This document shows positions 60,537-64,000 of a stretch of 64,000 nucleotides of DNA, piece after piece (the first letter of the stretch is position 1; each line of letters begins with the position of its first letter). The notes beneath the pieces are model-generated. The model ran no database searches. It worked only from the letters and a program-made list of their open reading frames with translations, and was not told the origin of the DNA. The position numbers and the translations under genes are program-made. The DNA comes from Kofleriaceae bacterium (GTDB lineage Bacteria; Myxococcota_A; Polyangia; Haliangiales; Haliangiaceae), in contig JBKJLC010000293.1 of the NCBI GenBank assembly GCA_046597055.1, positions 32,001-96,000 on the forward strand, written 5' to 3'.

Positions 60537-61646
60537 ATGAAGACGCGCGCCGCGATCGCATTCGAAGTCGGGAAGCCGCTGGTGATCGAGGAGGTCGATC
60601 TCGAGGGCCCCAAGGTCGGCGAGGTCCTGGTCGAGCTCAAGGCCACCGGGGTCTGTCACACCGACGAGTTCACCCGCTCGGGTGCCGATCCCGAGGGGCT
60701 GTTCCCGGTGATCTTCGGCCACGAGGGCGCCGGCATCGTGCGCGAGGTCGGGCCCGGCGTCACCAGCCTGGCCCCCGGCGATCACGTCATCCCGCTCTAC
60801 ACGCCCGAGTGTCGCCAGTGCAAGTCGTGCCTCTCGCGCAAGACCAACCTGTGCACCGCGATCCGCGCGACCCAGGGCAAGGGGCTGATGCCCGACGGCA
60901 CCAGCCGCTTCTCGCGCAAGGGCCAGCCCATCCATCACTACATGGGCTGCTCGACGTTCGCCAACCACACGGTGCTGCCCGAGATCGCGCTGGCCAAGGT
61001 GCGCAAGGACGCGCCGTTCACGTCGATCTGCTACCTCGGCTGCGGCGTGACCACCGGGATCGGCGCGGTGATCTTCACCGCCGGGGTCGAGCCCGGCGCC
61101 AGCGTGGTCGTGTTCGGGCTGGGCGGCATCGGGCTCAACGTCGTGCAGGGCGCGCGGCTGGCCGGCGCCGACAAGATCATCGGCGTCGACGTGAACCCGG
61201 CGCGCGAGGCGCTCGGGCGCAGCTTCGGCATGACCCACTTCGTCAACCCGCGCCAGGTGACCGGCGACCTGGTCGGGCACCTGGTCGAGCTCACCGGCGG
61301 CGGCGCCGACTACAGCTTCGAGTGCGTCGGTGACGTGAAGCTCATGCGCCAGGCGCTCGAGTGCTGTCATCGCGGCTGGGGCGTCAGCGTCATCATCGGC
61401 GTCGCCGGCGCGGGCCAGGAGATCGCGACCCGACCGTTCCAGCTGGTCACCGGCCGGGTCTGGAAGGGCACCGCGTTCGGCGGCGCGCGCGGCCGCACCG
61501 ACGTCCCGCGGCTGGTCGACTGGTACATGGACAAGAAGATCGAGATCGACCGCCTGATCACGCACAAGCTTCCGCTCGAGCGGATCAACGAGGCGTTCGA
61601 CCTCATGCACGCCGGGACGTCGATCCGGACCGTCGTCGAGTTCTGA
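60537..61646 (+). CDS. frmA: S-(hydroxymethyl)glutathione dehydrogenase (class III ADH)
   Basis: [31 protein letters not shown]. Confidence 0.95.
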   Translation: MKTRAAIAFEVGKPLVIEEVDLEGPKVGEVLVELKATGVCHTDEFTRSGADPEGLFPVIFGHEGAGIVREVGPGVTSLAPGDHVIPLYTPECRQCKSCLSRKTNLCTAIRATQGKGLMPDGTSRFSRKGQPIHHYMGCSTFANHTVLPEIALAKVRKDAPFTSICYLGCGVTTGIGAVIFTAGVEPGASVVVFGLGGIGLNVVQGARLAGADKIIGVDVNPAREALGRSFGMTHFVNPRQVTGDLVGHLVELTGGGADYSFECVGDVKLMRQALECCHRGWGVSVIIGVAGAGQEIATRPFQLVTGRVWKGTAFGGARGRTDVPRLVDWYMDKKIEIDRLITHKLPLERINEAFDLMHAGTSIRTVVEF

Positions 61647-61783
61647 CCGGCGCCGGCTGGCCAGGCGTGGCGGGTGGTCCGATCACGCCCGCGCGCGAGC
61701 GGCCATCCGGACGTGTCAGCGTTCGGTGACACTGGTTCGTTCCGGAATCCCGAGTCGAACAGGCCACTTGCACGGCCGTTGAC

Positions 61784-61812
61784 GTGTCGCATGGCTGTTG
61801 CCGGGCCGTCAC
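61784..61812 (+). promoter_or_regulatory. Degenerate Pho box upstream of pstS
   Basis: GTGTCGC-ATGG-CTGTTGC-CGGG-CCGTCAC, 11-bp period. Confidence 0.45.
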
Positions 61813-61836
61813 ATGGGTTTCCTAAGGTCGAGAACG

Positions 61837-62841
61837 ATGCGACGCACAGCGCTTCTCCTCTCGGCCCTGGTCATCTTCCCCCTCACCGCGAGCTGCTCGA
61901 GCCGCAAGGCGAAGGGCGGCTCGGTGAAGGTCGATGGCTCCTCGACCGTGTTCCTCATCAGCGCCGCGGTCGCCGAACAGTTCCGGAAGACCGGTGGCGG
62001 CGACGCCTCGGTCGGCGCGTCGGGCACCGGCGGTGGCTTCAAGAAGTTCTGCGCCGGCGAGATCGACGTGGCCGGCGCCTCGCGGCCGATCAAGCCCGCC
62101 GAGATCGACGCGTGCAAGCAGGGCGGCGTCGAGTGGATCGAGCTGCCGGTCGCGTACGACGGCATCGCGGTGGTGGTCTCGCTCAAGAACACCTGGGTCG
62201 ACCACCTGACCGTCGAGGAGCTCAAGAAGATGTGGGTGCCCGAGGCCCAGGAGAAGATCACGAACTGGTCGCAGATCCGCGACGGCTTCCCCGACCGGCC
62301 GCTGCGCCTGTTCGGCGCCGGCGTCGACTCTGGCACCTACGACTACTTCACCGCGGCGATCGTCGGCAAGGAGCACTCGAGCCGCGGTGACTACACGCAG
62401 AGCGAGGACGACAACACGCTGGTCCAGGGGGTCGGCGCCGACGACAACGCGATCGCGTTCTTCGGCTTTGCCTACTACACGGAGAACAAGGACAAGCTGA
62501 AGATCGTCCCGATCGAGGACGGCAAGGCCGAGAACGGCGCGGGCCCGATCACGCCGAGCCCCGAGACGATCATCAAGGGCACCTACCAGCCGCTGGCCCG
62601 GCCGGTCTTCATCTACGTGTCGGTCAAGGCCGCGGCCAAGCCACACGTCGAGAAGTACGTGACCTTCTATCTCGACCAGGCGGCGGCGCTGTCGGCCCGG
62701 GTTGGCTACGTGGCGCTGCCCGCGCCGGTGTACGACCTCGCCAAGAAGCGGTGGACCGAGCGCAAGACCGGCTCGGTGTTCGCCGGCGGCTCCAAGGTCG
62801 GCGTGACGCTCGAGTCGTTGCTCGCCAGCGAAGGCGGCTGA
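61837..62841 (+). CDS. pstS: Phosphate ABC substrate-binding lipoprotein
   Basis: [24 protein letters not shown]. Confidence 0.93.
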   Translation: MRRTALLLSALVIFPLTASCSSRKAKGGSVKVDGSSTVFLISAAVAEQFRKTGGGDASVGASGTGGGFKKFCAGEIDVAGASRPIKPAEIDACKQGGVEWIELPVAYDGIAVVVSLKNTWVDHLTVEELKKMWVPEAQEKITNWSQIRDGFPDRPLRLFGAGVDSGTYDYFTAAIVGKEHSSRGDYTQSEDDNTLVQGVGADDNAIAFFGFAYYTENKDKLKIVPIEDGKAENGAGPITPSPETIIKGTYQPLARPVFIYVSVKAAAKPHVEKYVTFYLDQAAALSARVGYVALPAPVYDLAKKRWTERKTGSVFAGGSKVGVTLESLLASEGG

Positions 62842-62842
62842 C

Positions 62843-63793
<951 letters not shown>

Positions 63794-63811
63794 CCGGACC
63801 CCTCGAGCGAG

Positions 63812-64000
63812 ATGACCATGGCCCGCCCACCGATCGACATCGCCGCCCGCCGCGAAGGCATCCTCGCCGAGCGCGGGTTCGTCTGGGTGTGCCGGATCGC
63901 CGTGTTCCTGCCGCTGCTGATCCTGACCTGGATGCTCGGCAAGATCATCCTGCTGGGCATCGGCCGGGTCGACCTCGCGTTCATCACCGATCCGCCGTCG
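63812..64000 (+). CDS. pstA: Phosphate ABC permease, partial
   Basis: Follows pstC; first TM segment; truncated by the window. Confidence 0.65.
   Translation, partial: MTMARPPIDIAARREGILAERGFVWVCRIAVFLPLLILTWMLGKIILLGIGRVDLAFITDPPS

Overview
Very GC-rich DNA, most likely myxobacterial (MYXO-CTERM protein, several Ser/Thr kinases, sigma54 system). Most of the window is ordinary: Tyr/Phe catabolism (fah-maiA-hppD-hmgA), an ECF sigma with a zf-CHAT partner, an Mla-type ABC transporter, RND efflux with a divergent two-component system, DUF2760/Hsp70-like genes, PP2C phosphatases, pepP, yhbY, phoBR, frmA and pstSCA. The exception is a ~6.8 kb minus-strand RNA island (35.8-42.65 kb) that the ORF track cannot show. 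It holds 29 tRNA genes covering all 20 amino acids plus one pseudo-tRNA, an HNH nuclease, a Ro60/TROVE (rsr) gene and seven Y-RNA-like genes sharing a bulged-C helix of the Ro-binding type. Four of the seven are tRNA bodies with the anticodon loop replaced by a Ro module, one lacks the D arm, one is a ~59-nt minimal form, and one ~193-nt RNA carries a 27/29-nt match to 23S rRNA helix 69-70. Similar helices lie in the leaders of rsr and HNH, and a leader ORF plus terminator precedes the array. A UGA-recoded CxxU Rdx selenoprotein missed by the ORF track lies at 31211-31429. All calls are by manual reading; no searches or folding programs were run, and tRNA ends may be off by 1-2 nt.
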